A stretch of 64,000 bases of DNA from Alphaproteobacteria bacterium (GTDB lineage: Bacteria > Pseudomonadota > Alphaproteobacteria > SP197), in contig OZ245842.1 of the NCBI GenBank assembly GCA_965228895.1, positions 2,240,001-2,304,000 of the forward strand, written 5' to 3'. Position numbers and translations under genes: made by a program. The notes below the pieces were generated by a model. That model did not search any database. It saw nothing but the letters and a program-made list of their open reading frames with translations, and was not told the DNA's origin. Shown here piece after piece: positions 22,080-31,893 of this stretch (positions within the stretch are counted from its first letter, which is position 1; each line of letters begins with the position of its first letter).

Positions 22080-23456
22080 ATGCAAGTTATCGTTTGTGGC
22101 GCTGGCCAGGTCGGCTTCAATATCGCGCGTTACCTGGCGAGCGAGGCTAATGATGTCACGGTCATCGACATGGACGCCGGCCGGGTCAAGAGCGTAACCG
22201 ATACGATTGACGTCAAGGGATTGGTCGGTTTTGCGTCACATCCGCCGGTGCTGCAGGAGGCTGGTGCCGACGACGCCGACATGCTGATCGCCGTCACCCA
22301 TGCCGATGAGGTCAACATGGTGGCCTGTCAGGTCGCCCATTCGCAGTTCAACGTGCCGACCAAGATCGCCCGGGTGCGCCATCAGTCCTATCTGGACCCG
22401 GCGTGGCGCAACATGTTCAGCCGCGACCACATGCCGATCGACGTCATCATCTCGCCCGAGGTCGAGGTCGCTCGCGCCATTATTCGGCGCCTTGAGGTTC
22501 CCGGCGCGCTCGATGTCATCCCGATGGCCGGCGACAAGGTGCGCGCCATCGCGGTGCGTTGCATGCCCGACTGTCCGGTGGTCGACACGCCGCTTTATGA
22601 ACTTACGGAACTGTTTCCCGACCTGCATATCTTTGTCGTCGGCATCATCCGCGATGACGAGCTAATCGTGCCGCGTCCGGAGATGGAGATGCGCGAGGGC
22701 GACGAGGTCTATTTCGTGGCCGATACCGAGCACGTGCGGCGCGGCATGGTCGCGTTCGGCCATGACGAGCCGGAGGCACGGCGGATCATCATTGTCGGTG
22801 GCGGCAATATCGGTTTGTTCGTCGCCCGTGAGCTCGAGGCAGGCCAGGGCGACGTCCGCGCGAAGCTCATCGAGGTCGATGAAGATCGGGCCAGAAGCGT
22901 GGCCGATTCGCTGAACCGCACGACGGTCCTTTTGGGCGATGCCCTGGAGCAGGAAATCCTCAACGAGGCGAATGTCAGCCAGTCCGAGGCCGTGGTCGCC
23001 GTCTCGAACGACGACGAGGTGAACATCCTGTCATCGCTGTTGGCCAAACGGCTTGGCGCCGGCTGGGCGATCACGCTGGTCAACAGCATGAGTTACGGGC
23101 CACTGGTCGGCAATCTGGGTATCGATGTGGTGGTCAACCCGCGCGGCTCGACGGTCTCGACCATCCTGCAGCACGTGCGCCGAGGCCGTATCCGCGGCGT
23201 GCACAGCGTCCGCGAGGGCGCCGGCGAGTTCATCGAGGCCGAGGCGTTGGACACGTCGAGCATTGCCGGAAAGCGCATCCGGGATATCAAGCTGCCCAAA
23301 GGTATTCTGATTGGCTCTATCGTGCGCGGTAACGAGGTTATCATTCCGCGCGGCGACACCACTATCATGGCCAAGGACCGCGTTGTGCTGTTCACCAACG
23401 CCGATCTCGTCCGTAAGGTGGAAAAGCTCTTCTCGGTAGGCCTGGAGTTCTTCTGA
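22080..23456 (+). CDS. trkA: Trk potassium uptake system NAD-binding subunit TrkA
   Basis: Two RCK units, 'CGAGQVG' and 'VGGGNIG', plus 'DEVNMVACQVA'; 458 aa. Confidence 0.96.
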   Translation: MQVIVCGAGQVGFNIARYLASEANDVTVIDMDAGRVKSVTDTIDVKGLVGFASHPPVLQEAGADDADMLIAVTHADEVNMVACQVAHSQFNVPTKIARVRHQSYLDPAWRNMFSRDHMPIDVIISPEVEVARAIIRRLEVPGALDVIPMAGDKVRAIAVRCMPDCPVVDTPLYELTELFPDLHIFVVGIIRDDELIVPRPEMEMREGDEVYFVADTEHVRRGMVAFGHDEPEARRIIIVGGGNIGLFVARELEAGQGDVRAKLIEVDEDRARSVADSLNRTTVLLGDALEQEILNEANVSQSEAVVAVSNDDEVNILSSLLAKRLGAGWAITLVNSMSYGPLVGNLGIDVVVNPRGSTVSTILQHVRRGRIRGVHSVREGAGEFIEAEALDTSSIAGKRIRDIKLPKGILIGSIVRGNEVIIPRGDTTIMAKDRVVLFTNADLVRKVEKLFSVGLEFF

Positions 23457-23537
23457 TCCCGTCCGACCTCGGGTATAAGGGGGCAGGGTGAGGCTCAGCC
23501 AAAACCAAAATCAAGACGCGTAGATTGCGAGGACACG

Positions 23538-24407
23538 ATGTCACGTGTTGCTTATGTGAACGGGCGCTATGTGCCGCACGCCAAGGCGCAGGTCAGTATC
23601 GACGACCGCGGCCACGTGTTTGCCGATGGCGTCTATGAGGTGACGCTGGTCGTTGGCGGTCGGATGATCGATCTGGAGGGCCATGTCGTGCGGCTGGAAC
23701 GATCGCTGCGTGAACTGGATATGCCGCAGCCGATGTCAAGCCGCGCGCTGATTCACATCATGAATCAGACCATCAAGCGCAACCGTGTGAAAGACGGCAT
23801 GGTCTATCTGCAGGTGAACCGCGGGACGGCGCCGCGCAACCACGTCTACGAGAACGATGACTTGCAGCCTTCCGTCGTGTGTACGGCCAAGTCCGTTGCG
23901 CTGCCAAGCGATGCCGACAAGGTTGATGGGGTGAAGGTGATTTCCCAGCCCGATATCCGCTGGGGACGGGTCGATATCAAGACTGTGTCGCTGTTGCCCA
24001 ACGCGCTCGCCAAGACAGCCGCCGCCAAGGAAGGCGCTTATGAGGCTTTTCTGGTCGACGATGACGGCTATGTCACGGAGTGCAGCGCCTCGAACGCCTG
24101 GATTGTCGACAAGGACGGCCGTGTCGTTACCCGCCCGCTGAGCCATGAGATTCTGCCGGGCATCACCCGCGACAGAGTGATTAAGCTGGCGAAAGAGAAT
24201 GGTATCGAAGTGGTCGAGCGCCCCTTCACATTGGCCGAGGCCAAGAGTGCGCGCGAAGCGTTTTTGACCAGCACCACGTCGTTCGTAAAACCGGTAACCC
24301 AGATCGACGATGTCACGATTGGCAACGGTCATCCGGGCACGGTGACCAGGACATTGCTGGGTGCGTATCTTGATTTCATTCGGGAAATCAAACAGCCGGC
24401 TACTTAG
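23538..24407 (+). CDS. dat: D-amino-acid transaminase (class IV PLP)
   Basis: 'DRGHVFADGVYEV', 'RWGRVDIKTVSLL', 'ILPGITR', 'EAFLTSTT'. Confidence 0.92.
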   Translation: MSRVAYVNGRYVPHAKAQVSIDDRGHVFADGVYEVTLVVGGRMIDLEGHVVRLERSLRELDMPQPMSSRALIHIMNQTIKRNRVKDGMVYLQVNRGTAPRNHVYENDDLQPSVVCTAKSVALPSDADKVDGVKVISQPDIRWGRVDIKTVSLLPNALAKTAAAKEGAYEAFLVDDDGYVTECSASNAWIVDKDGRVVTRPLSHEILPGITRDRVIKLAKENGIEVVERPFTLAEAKSAREAFLTSTTSFVKPVTQIDDVTIGNGHPGTVTRTLLGAYLDFIREIKQPAT

Positions 24408-24567
24408 GCGTTGGATTCCTGCTTAATCGCAACCATGTGTTTTGGGGGGTTGTACGGATCGGGTTCCCCGGCCTAGGCTAGCCCGCCAAACGATAGATCG
24501 GACCGACGGCAACGCAGCCAACAAAAAAACCGGTACCGACAAAAATAAAAGGGGGAGGAGGCACGGC

Positions 24568-24825
24568 ATGTCAAATGACAAGCCACAGAATTTGCAGGAC
24601 ACGTTTCTCAACAACGTACGCAAGAACAAGCTGCCGGTGACGATCTTTCTCGTCAACGGAGTCAAACTGCAGGGCGTGATTACCTGGTTCGATAACTTCT
24701 GCATGCTGCTGCGCCGCGACGGCCATTCGCAGCTGGTCTATAAACACGCGGTCTCTACCGTCATGCCTTCGGCACCGGTACGCCTGTTCGATCAGGAAGA
24801 GACCGAGGAGACCGCCAACGCCTGA
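24568..24825 (+). CDS. hfq: RNA chaperone Hfq
   Basis: '[12 protein letters not shown]', '[11 protein letters not shown]', '[13 protein letters not shown]'; strong SD GGAGGAG. Confidence 0.98.
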   Translation: MSNDKPQNLQDTFLNNVRKNKLPVTIFLVNGVKLQGVITWFDNFCMLLRRDGHSQLVYKHAVSTVMPSAPVRLFDQEETEETANA

Positions 24826-26119
24826 GCCCAACCAGCCGAAGCAAGCGGCCACCCGCACGCTGATCCTTTGCCCTTTGCTGCCGGGAAACCAGCGCAGCGA
24901 AACCCAGCGATTGGAAGAGGCGGCCGGACTTGCGCGCGCCATCGACCTTGAGGTGGTCGAGGCGCGGGCCGTTGCCGTGCGAGTGCCCAAACCCGGCACC
25001 TTGCTCGGCAAGGGTCAGGTCGAAGGTCTGGCGGGCGAAATCGCCGCCGACGAGGTCGGGTTGGTCGTTGTCGACTGGACGCTATCGCCGGTCCAGCAGC
25101 GCAATCTGGAAAAGGCTTGGAATACCAAGGTCATTGACCGCACCGGGTTGATCTTGGACATCTTCGGCGAGCGCGCGCGCACCAAGGAAGGCGTGCTGCA
25201 GGTCGAAATGGCGGCGTTGAGTTACCAGCGCAGCCGCTTGGTGCGGTCGTGGACCCATCTTGAACGCCAGCGCGGCGCGCTTGGATTTGTCGGCGGGCCC
25301 GGCGAGTCACAGCTTGAGGTCGACCGGCGTCTGATCGACGAGCGCCTGGCGCGCATCCGCCGCGAACTCGAGACCGTCGTGCGCACCCGTGAGCAGCACC
25401 GTCAGGCGCGCCGCAAGGTGCCGTATCCGATCGTCGCCCTGGTCGGCTACACCAACGCCGGCAAGTCGACACTGTTCAACCGGCTGACCGGTGCGGCCGT
25501 CTACGCGGACGACCAGGTCTTCGCGACCTTGGACCCGACCATGCGCGGCATCACGCTGCCGTCGGGCCGCAAGGTCATCGCGTCGGACACGGTCGGCTTC
25601 ATCTCCGATCTGCCGACCATGCTGGTCGCCGCGTTCCGCGCGACGTTAGAGGAGGTCATCGAGGCCGATGTCATCGTCCATGTGCGCGACATCAGCGATC
25701 CCGATACGGAAGCTCAGAAACAGGACGTGCTGGACGTCATGTCCCAACTGGGTCTTGACGAAAAGATCCAGGCCGACGGTGTTATCGAAGTACAGAACAA
25801 GATTGACCTGTTAGATCCCGAAGCGCGGGAGCGCGTCGATGCCGTGGTCCGGCGCCGGTCAGATACCGTCGCGATCTCGGCGGTGACGGGCGAGGGGATC
25901 GACCACCTGCTGGCGGTCCTTGATGAGCGGCTGATCGATGGTCGCCGTGTCGTTGACGTGGTCGTACCGGTCGAAGACGGCCGCGCCGTAGCGTTCCTCT
26001 ATAGCCACGGTGAGGTGTTGGAGCGGCACGACGACGACGCTGCGATCCGCATGAAGGTCGGCCTCGACCCGAAAGATCTGGCCCGCTACGAGCGTTTGGT
26101 CGCCGGCCGCGACGTCTGA
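24818..26119 (+). CDS. hflX: GTPase HflX (start uncertain: ACG 24818 or TTG 24875)
   Basis: '[10 protein letters not shown]', '[10 protein letters not shown]', 'GPGESQLE', G1 'GYTNAGKST', 'FATLDPT', 'DTVGFI', 'NKID'. Confidence 0.96.
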   Translation, partial: TPEPNQPKQAATRTLILCPLLPGNQRSETQRLEEAAGLARAIDLEVVEARAVAVRVPKPGTLLGKGQVEGLAGEIAADEVGLVVVDWTLSPVQQRNLEKAWNTKVIDRTGLILDIFGERARTKEGVLQVEMAALSYQRSRLVRSWTHLERQRGALGFVGGPGESQLEVDRRLIDERLARIRRELETVVRTREQHRQARRKVPYPIVALVGYTNAGKSTLFNRLTGAAVYADDQVFATLDPTMRGITLPSGRKVIASDTVGFISDLPTMLVAAFRATLEEVIEADVIVHVRDISDPDTEAQKQDVLDVMSQLGLDEKIQADGVIEVQNKIDLLDPEARERVDAVVRRRSDTVAISAVTGEGIDHLLAVLDERLIDGRRVVDVVVPVEDGRAVAFLYSHGEVLERHDDDAAIRMKVGLDPKDLARYERLVAGRDV

Positions 26120-26132
26120 CGCGATATCACCA

Positions 26133-26945
26133 TCACTCCGCCGCGTGGTGCTCGGCTTCCTTGGCCTCGTGCCACAGGCGGTCCATTTCCTCCAGCGTGC
26201 TGGCTTCGGGGCTGCGCCCATCGGCCTCCAACTGCGCCTCCACATGACGGAAGCGGCGCTGAAACTTGGCGTTGGTGCGCCTGAGCGCCGCCTCGGCATC
26301 GACATCCAGATGGCGCGCCAAGTTGACGATCGTGAACATAAGGTCGCCCAGTTCGTCCTCCAGCCGGTCATGAGCCGCGGCGGCAGTCATCTCGGCCTTC
26401 AACTCGTCGAGCTCCTCGTCGACATCGTCCAAAACGCGTACCGCGTCCGGCCAGTCGAACCCGACCCGCGCGACCCGTTTCTGGATCTTTTCGGCGCGGG
26501 TCAGGGCGGGCAGGGCGGCACTGACGCCGTCGAGCACGCTGGCTTGTCGCCCATCCCGTGAGGCGACCTCGGCCCGCTCGGCGGCCTTCATGTCTTCCCA
26601 CGCGACGGTCTGTTGTTCCGCGCCGTCGATGCCCGCTTTATCACCAAACACGTGCGGGTGGCGCCGTACCATCTTGTCGCTGATACCCCCGACGACGTCG
26701 CCAAAATCGAAATGGCCGGCTTCTTCGGCCATGCGGGCGTGAAACACGACCTGAAACAGCAGATCGCCCAATTCGCCCCTGAGTGCTGGCCAATCCTCGT
26801 TCTCGATGGCCTCGGCGACCTCATAGGCTTCTTCGATCGTATAGGGCGCAATGGATCGGAAGTCTTGCGCCACGTCCCAAGGACATCCGCCATCGGGGTT
26901 GCGCAGGCTTGCCATGATGTCGAGAAGGCGTTTGATGTCAGTCAT
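26133..26945 (-). CDS. mazG: Nucleoside triphosphate pyrophosphohydrolase MazG
   Basis: 'GCPWD..Q...SIAPYTIEEAYEV', 'ELGDLLFQVVFH', 'RRHPHVF', second domain 'ELGDLMF'. Confidence 0.96.
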   Translation of the reverse strand: MTDIKRLLDIMASLRNPDGGCPWDVAQDFRSIAPYTIEEAYEVAEAIENEDWPALRGELGDLLFQVVFHARMAEEAGHFDFGDVVGGISDKMVRRHPHVFGDKAGIDGAEQQTVAWEDMKAAERAEVASRDGRQASVLDGVSAALPALTRAEKIQKRVARVGFDWPDAVRVLDDVDEELDELKAEMTAAAAHDRLEDELGDLMFTIVNLARHLDVDAEAALRRTNAKFQRRFRHVEAQLEADGRSPEASTLEEMDRLWHEAKEAEHHAAE

Positions 26946-27214
26946 ACCGTGATGCTGCCGTCGTATGGGGAAAGGCGGGTTCGCAATGCTTTTGCTACAG
27001 CGATGTCCGCGCTATGACCAGTCCAGGTGCCATCGAAGTCTTCCCGGGGATTTGAACCGTGGCATCATTCACCACGTATAGGGACCGGTCAGCCGGCGAT
27101 TCTGTGTGATTTCTTCCGAAAAAGGGCATTCTCATCAAACTGCGTAGTCAAGCCCAAGCGGCCGCTCTAGCGCCGACGGCGGGCAGAAATCTGCGGCTTT
27201 GGGCCGAACTGCTG

Positions 27215-27820
27215 GTGTTGTTCATCGCCGCGCCGGTGATCATGGCGACGGACCTTCCCAGCAGCTTCATGTGGCCCGCTCTGGCCGGCATTGCGGTCGT
27301 CGGCGTGGTGCTGCTGAGCGTTACGCCGGGATTTCGCTGGCGCGACCTGGTGTCGCGGCAGGCGCTGCGGATCGATTGGCCCGTGGTCGCGATCTTTGTC
27401 GTCATCGCGGTCGCAGTCTGTGTCGCACTCACGGTCTGGCTGGTGCCGGAGCGGCTGTTCGGCTTTCCGCAAGGCCGGACCAAGATGTGGCTGGTTGTCA
27501 TGGTCGCTTATCCGCTGGTCTCGGCTGTTCCCCAAGAGCTCGTCTTTCGGGTGCTGTATTTTGAGCGCTACGGCGCGCTCTTTCCCAGCACCACGGTGGC
27601 GATCGCCGCCAACGCGGGAATCTTTGGTTTGGCGCATCTGTTCTATTGGAACTGGCCGGCCGTCGTCTTGACGACCGCGGCGGGTGCGCTGTTCGCCTGG
27701 GCCTATGCCAGCCGGCGGTCATTCGGCCAAGCCTGTCTGCTGCACGCGCTGGGCGGTCAGATTGTCTTTACGGTCGGCATGGGCGTTTACTTCTTCCACG
27801 GCGCCATTGGGCGCGTTTAG
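27215..27820 (+). CDS. CPBP (CAAX/Abi) family intramembrane glutamic endopeptidase
   Basis: 'PQELVFR', 'FGLAHL', 'LLHALGG' motifs in a multi-TM protein. The frame is open upstream to 27110, so the true start may be earlier. Confidence 0.85.
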   Translation: MLFIAAPVIMATDLPSSFMWPALAGIAVVGVVLLSVTPGFRWRDLVSRQALRIDWPVVAIFVVIAVAVCVALTVWLVPERLFGFPQGRTKMWLVVMVAYPLVSAVPQELVFRVLYFERYGALFPSTTVAIAANAGIFGLAHLFYWNWPAVVLTTAAGALFAWAYASRRSFGQACLLHALGGQIVFTVGMGVYFFHGAIGRV

Positions 27821-27854
27821 CGCGGCAAGGGCAGGGAACGGACACTTCTTCGCC

Positions 27855-28538
27855 ATGGACAACAAGATCTTTGCCTATTGCGAGCGTGGCCTGGACCCGG
27901 GCTTTTGGGCCGAACCGATCAACGCGGTCACCAACGCGGCCTTTATCATCGCCGGGCTCGCGGCCTTTTACTTGCTGGCGCGCCAGCCGGCCGGCAGCCG
28001 GCGCCTGGTCGATTACTGGCTGGCGGCACTCGTCTGCCTCATCGGGATCGGCAGTTTCCTGTTTCATACCCTGGCGACGCCATGGGCTGGCCTGGCGGAC
28101 GTTCTGCCGATCGCGATCATGATGCTGAGCTATCTGACGGTCGCGCTGCGCCGCTATCTCGGCGCCACTTGGCTGTGGACCGCCGCCGGGCTCGTCGTCT
28201 TTGTCGTGGCCTATGTCCTGGCGGGCCAGATCCCGTGCGATGGCGGGCGCTGCCTGAACGGCTCGCTCGGCTATGTTCCGGCGTTCATCGCGTTGATGCT
28301 GATCGGCGGCTGGCTGGTCGCGCGCGGCGACAAGCCGACAGGCTGGAGCTTGCTCGCGGGTGCGGCCGTGTTCGCGGCCTCGCTGGCGTTCCGCAGCATC
28401 GACTTCCACGTCTGCGACCACACCCATATCGGCCACGGACCGCTGGGCACGCATTTCATGTGGCACACGCTGAACGCCGTCATGCTGTTCATCCTGGTCC
28501 GCGCCGCCATCCGGTTTAAACGGCCAGATCGGGCCTGA
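27855..28538 (+). CDS. Ceramidase-domain (CREST superfamily) membrane hydrolase
   Basis: 'YCER...FWAEPINAVTNAAF', SxxxH 'GSFLFHT', 'ADVLPI', HxxxH 'THFMWHTLN'; about 7 TM segments. Confidence 0.85.
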   Translation: MDNKIFAYCERGLDPGFWAEPINAVTNAAFIIAGLAAFYLLARQPAGSRRLVDYWLAALVCLIGIGSFLFHTLATPWAGLADVLPIAIMMLSYLTVALRRYLGATWLWTAAGLVVFVVAYVLAGQIPCDGGRCLNGSLGYVPAFIALMLIGGWLVARGDKPTGWSLLAGAAVFAASLAFRSIDFHVCDHTHIGHGPLGTHFMWHTLNAVMLFILVRAAIRFKRPDRA

Positions 28539-28575
28539 GGGGACGGCTTATTGAAGCGTCGGCGTCCACACACCA

Positions 28576-28603
28576 AAGTCGCATAATATATATTATGGAA
28601 AAT
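28576..28603. other. dif: Chromosomal dif site (XerCD dimer resolution site)
   Basis: AAGTCGCATAA-TATATA-TTATGGAAAAT has the 11-6-11 layout and closely matches E. coli dif (GGTGCGCATAA-TGTATA-TTATGTTAAAT). It is intergenic and AT-rich between convergent genes, and KOPS motifs point toward it from both sides. Confidence 0.88.
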
Positions 28604-28629
28604 ACGAACCCTGTTAAGGCCAGCCTGGC

Positions 28630-29406
28630 TTAGAGGCTGATCTCCAGTCCGTCATAGCCCGGTTCGACGTGGTCCGGCGTCAGGCCGTCGATCGTCGCGT
28701 AATCGATGTCGTCGGACATGTGGCTCAACACCGCGTGGCCCGGCTTGGCGCGCTCGATCCAGGCAAGCGTGCGCTTGAGGTCGGAATGGATCGGGTTCTC
28801 TTCCATGTTCTGACAGTCGACGACCCACAGATCGACGCCGCCGATGACGTCAAACGCCGCATCGTCTAAGTGTTTCAGGTCGATGGAATACGCCGCGCTT
28901 CTGCCGCCGGCATCGAAGCGGAATCCCAGGGTTTCCATGACAACGTGGTCTTGGGCGAACGGCGTGACGCGGATCGGCCCGATGTCGAACGATTCGGCCG
29001 CGACGTTTGCCAGCAAATGCGGCTTGTACCAGCCGAATTTGGGATTCATGGGCTCAAAGATGTAGCTGAAACGGCTCTTCAGTTCGTCTATGGCCCGCTG
29101 ATTGCCATAAGCCGGCAAGGCTTTGTCGGCCTCGCGGCACAGGCGTCTTAGGTCGTCGATGCCATGGCAATGATCGGCATGGGCATGGGTGAACAGCACC
29201 GCATCCAGGCGTGTGATGGCGTGGCGAAACAGCTGTTGGCGCAGATCCGGCGATGTGTCGACGAGGATCCGCGTTTCCTCGTGTTCGATCAGGATTGACG
29301 ACCGCGTCCGGTGATTGCGTCGATCGGCCAAAAAGGCGCTGTCATACACCGCACCGATCTGCGGCACGCCCGCCGATGGTCCGCAACCCAAGATTATTGC
29401 TTTCAT
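28630..29406 (-). CDS. MBL-fold metallo-hydrolase (PhnP/YycJ-like)
   Basis: 'ILGCGPSAGVP', 'RTRSSIL', 'DTSPDLRQQ', 'THAHADHCHGIDDLR', 'LSHMS'. Confidence 0.92.
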   Translation of the reverse strand: MKAIILGCGPSAGVPQIGAVYDSAFLADRRNHRTRSSILIEHEETRILVDTSPDLRQQLFRHAITRLDAVLFTHAHADHCHGIDDLRRLCREADKALPAYGNQRAIDELKSRFSYIFEPMNPKFGWYKPHLLANVAAESFDIGPIRVTPFAQDHVVMETLGFRFDAGGRSAAYSIDLKHLDDAAFDVIGGVDLWVVDCQNMEENPIHSDLKRTLAWIERAKPGHAVLSHMSDDIDYATIDGLTPDHVEPGYDGLEISL

Positions 29407-29407
29407 A

Positions 29408-30193
29408 TCAAAGGCGTGGGTCGGTCGCTTTAGAGAACAGCTTAAAGAAATTGTCGGTAGTCACCCCAGCCACCTGATCTTCCGGTATGTCTTTCAGTTC
29501 CGCCAGTACCGCTGCGGTTTTATTGACAAAAGACGGTTCGTTGCGTTTGCCGCGATAAGGCATCGGCGCCAGATACGGCGCGTCGGTTTCAACCAGCAGC
29601 CGGTCGAGCGGAATGGCCTGGGCGGTCTCGCGCAATTCCTCGGCCTTCTTGAAGGTCAGGATTCCCGACAGCGAGATCGAAAAACCGATGGCAAGGCTGC
29701 GCTCGGCGAGCTCCCGCGATGTGCTGAAGCAGTGGATGAGGCCGCTGAACGCGCCCTTGCCCATCTCGTCTTCCAGGATCGCCATGGTGTCGGCGTCGGC
29801 GTCGCGCGTGTGCACGATCAGAGGCAAGCCCGTCTCGCGCGCCGCGGTGATATGGGCGCGAAAACTGGCGCGCTGATCATCGCGCGGGCTGTGGTCGTAG
29901 AAGAAGTCGAGGCCCGTTTCGCCAATGCCAATGACCTTGGGATGGGCGGCCAGGGCAATGATCGCCTCGGGATCGGCAATGCCCTCGCTTTCGACGTTGT
30001 GCGGATGGACGCCGACCGAGCACCACATGTTGTCGAAGCGCTCGGCGATGGCGCGCACCTGGTCGAACTTGGTCAGCCGCGTGCAGATCGTCTGCATCAC
30101 GCCGACGCCTGTTTCGTGAGCCCGCGCCACGACATCGTCGAGTTCGTCGGCGAAATCAGGGAAGTCCAGGTGGCAATGGCTGTCGACCAGCAT
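29408..30193 (-). CDS. tatD: TatD family DNase
   Basis: 'MLVDSHCHL', 'GVHPH', 'IGETGLD', 'IVHTRDA', 'LIHCFS', 'VETDAPYLAP'. Confidence 0.95.
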   Translation of the reverse strand: MLVDSHCHLDFPDFADELDDVVARAHETGVGVMQTICTRLTKFDQVRAIAERFDNMWCSVGVHPHNVESEGIADPEAIIALAAHPKVIGIGETGLDFFYDHSPRDDQRASFRAHITAARETGLPLIVHTRDADADTMAILEDEMGKGAFSGLIHCFSTSRELAERSLAIGFSISLSGILTFKKAEELRETAQAIPLDRLLVETDAPYLAPMPYRGKRNEPSFVNKTAAVLAELKDIPEDQVAGVTTDNFFKLFSKATDPRL

Positions 30194-31752
30194 CAGGCGG
30201 CCCCCTCCTCCGGCTCCACATAGCGCGGGAAGACGGGCTCGGGCTTGGGCAATACCGTGCCCGGCACCAGGCGATGGTCGGCGCTGAGCGCGACAAAACC
30301 GCGTTTGTCGTCCGACACGCCCAACTGGTCGAGCATGCGTGACGCAGAATCCGGGACGAAAGGCTGGGTCAAAAGCGCCAGGTGCCGGATCGTCTCGCAG
30401 AGCACATAAAGCACGGTCGCCATGCGTTCGGGATCGGTCTTGCGCAGGGCCCACGGCGCCTGTTCGTCGACATAGCGGTTGGCGTCGGCGACCACTTTCC
30501 AGATCGCCGTCAGCGCCAGATGGAAGGCCTGGACGTCCAGGTGCGCCCTGACGTCGTCCAGCAGACCGTCGACCGCGCCCAACAGCGCCCCGTCGTCATC
30601 GGTGTATTCGCCGGGATCCGGCACCGCGCCACCGCAGTTTTTGGCGACCATAGAAAGCACGCGCTGGGCGAGATTGCCGAAGTCGTTGGCCAGATCGCCG
30701 TTGGCCCGGTGGACCATGGCGGCATGGGAAAAGTCGCCGTCATTGCCGAACGGCACCTCGCGCAGCAGAAAGTAGCGCACCTGGTCGAGGCCGTATTCCT
30801 CGACGATCTGATGCGGGTCGATGATGTTGCCCAGTGACTTCGAGATCTTCTGGCCTTCATTCGTCCACCAGCCGTGGGCGTAAACACGCTTGGGCGGCGC
30901 GATCCCGGCGGCCATCAGAAACGCCGGCCAATAGACCGCGTGAAAGCGCAGGATGTCTTTGCCGACCATGTGCACGTCGGCCGGCCAGAACTGTTGAAAC
31001 AGCTCACTGTTCTCGTCGGGAAATCCAACCGCCGTAATGTAGTTGGTCAAAGCGTCGAGCCAGACATACATCACGTGGTCGTCGTCGCCGGGCACGGGAA
31101 TGCCCCACTTGAAGCTGGTCCGGCTGACCGAAAGGTCCTGCAGGCCGCCTTTGACGAAGCTGACGACTTCGTTACGCCGGGTGGCCGGCAGGATCATGTC
31201 TGGGTGGGCGTCGTAGAGCTCGAGCAGCCGATCCTGCCACTGCGACAGCCGAAAGAAGTAGCTGGGTTCTTCGACCCACTCGACCGGCGCGCCGGACGGC
31301 GCGATCTTGCCGCCGTCAGGACCCTCGACAAGCTCGCCTTCGGTGTAGAACGCCTCGTCGCGCACCGAATACCAGCCGGCATACTTGCCCAGATAGATTT
31401 CGCCGGCATCGAACAAACGGGTCCACAGCGCCTGGACCGAGGCCTTGTGGCGCGGTTCGGTGGTGCGGATAAAGTCGTCGTTGGTGTAACCGAACAGGTG
31501 CTCGAGATCGCGGAAGCGTTGGGACACGCGGTCACAGAAAGCCTGCGGCTCGATCCCGGCGTCGTGGGCCGACTTTTCGACCTTCTGGCCGTGCTCGTCG
31601 GTGCCTGTCAGGAACATCACGTCATAGCCGTCCAGGCGCTTGAAGCGCGCCATCACATCGCAGGCCAGCGTCGTATAGGCGTGGCCGATATGCGGGTTGT
31701 CGTTGACGTAGTAAATCGGCGTCGTGATGTAGTAGCTGCGGTCCCCGGTCAT
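30193..31752 (-). CDS. metG: Methionine--tRNA ligase (short form)
   Basis: 'YITTPIYYVN..PHIGH', 'GTDEHGQK', 'YVWLDAL', 'GKDILRFH', KMSKS-like 'KISKSLGN'. Confidence 0.98.
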   Translation of the reverse strand: MTGDRSYYITTPIYYVNDNPHIGHAYTTLACDVMARFKRLDGYDVMFLTGTDEHGQKVEKSAHDAGIEPQAFCDRVSQRFRDLEHLFGYTNDDFIRTTEPRHKASVQALWTRLFDAGEIYLGKYAGWYSVRDEAFYTEGELVEGPDGGKIAPSGAPVEWVEEPSYFFRLSQWQDRLLELYDAHPDMILPATRRNEVVSFVKGGLQDLSVSRTSFKWGIPVPGDDDHVMYVWLDALTNYITAVGFPDENSELFQQFWPADVHMVGKDILRFHAVYWPAFLMAAGIAPPKRVYAHGWWTNEGQKISKSLGNIIDPHQIVEEYGLDQVRYFLLREVPFGNDGDFSHAAMVHRANGDLANDFGNLAQRVLSMVAKNCGGAVPDPGEYTDDDGALLGAVDGLLDDVRAHLDVQAFHLALTAIWKVVADANRYVDEQAPWALRKTDPERMATVLYVLCETIRHLALLTQPFVPDSASRMLDQLGVSDDKRGFVALSADHRLVPGTVLPKPEPVFPRYVEPEEGAA

Positions 31753-31785
31753 CCGAGACTCCCGTGCTGGCGTTTGTTCTTCGGG

Positions 31786-31850
31786 CTAGAGCGGATCGTG
31801 GTTCGATTGAACCGTCAAGCGGTTCCATCGAACCACGTGAATCCGCTCTC
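31786..31850. repeat. Long intergenic palindromic element (RIME/CIR-like)
   Basis: AGAGCGGAT-CGTGGTTCGAT-T-GAACCG, loop TCAAG, then CGGTTC-C-ATCGAACCACG-TGA-ATCCGCTCT: about 26 paired bases, CTAGAGC start, and a GAATC site near the right end. Confidence 0.7.
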
Positions 31851-31893
31851 TATCTGCTCTATTGGTGGGCGCTATCGTTGCCCCGTATGCCGG

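Noticed and set aside
22080-23456. trkA without an adjacent trkH as a sign of a broken system
   Set aside because: trkH is often encoded elsewhere, and the ntrX-trkA-(dat)-hfq-hflX order is ordinary for alphaproteobacteria.
27050-27082. RpoH-like promoter (TTGAA...CCACGTATA) upstream of the CPBP gene
   Set aside because: Only a partial match to the consensus; cannot be supported without TSS data.
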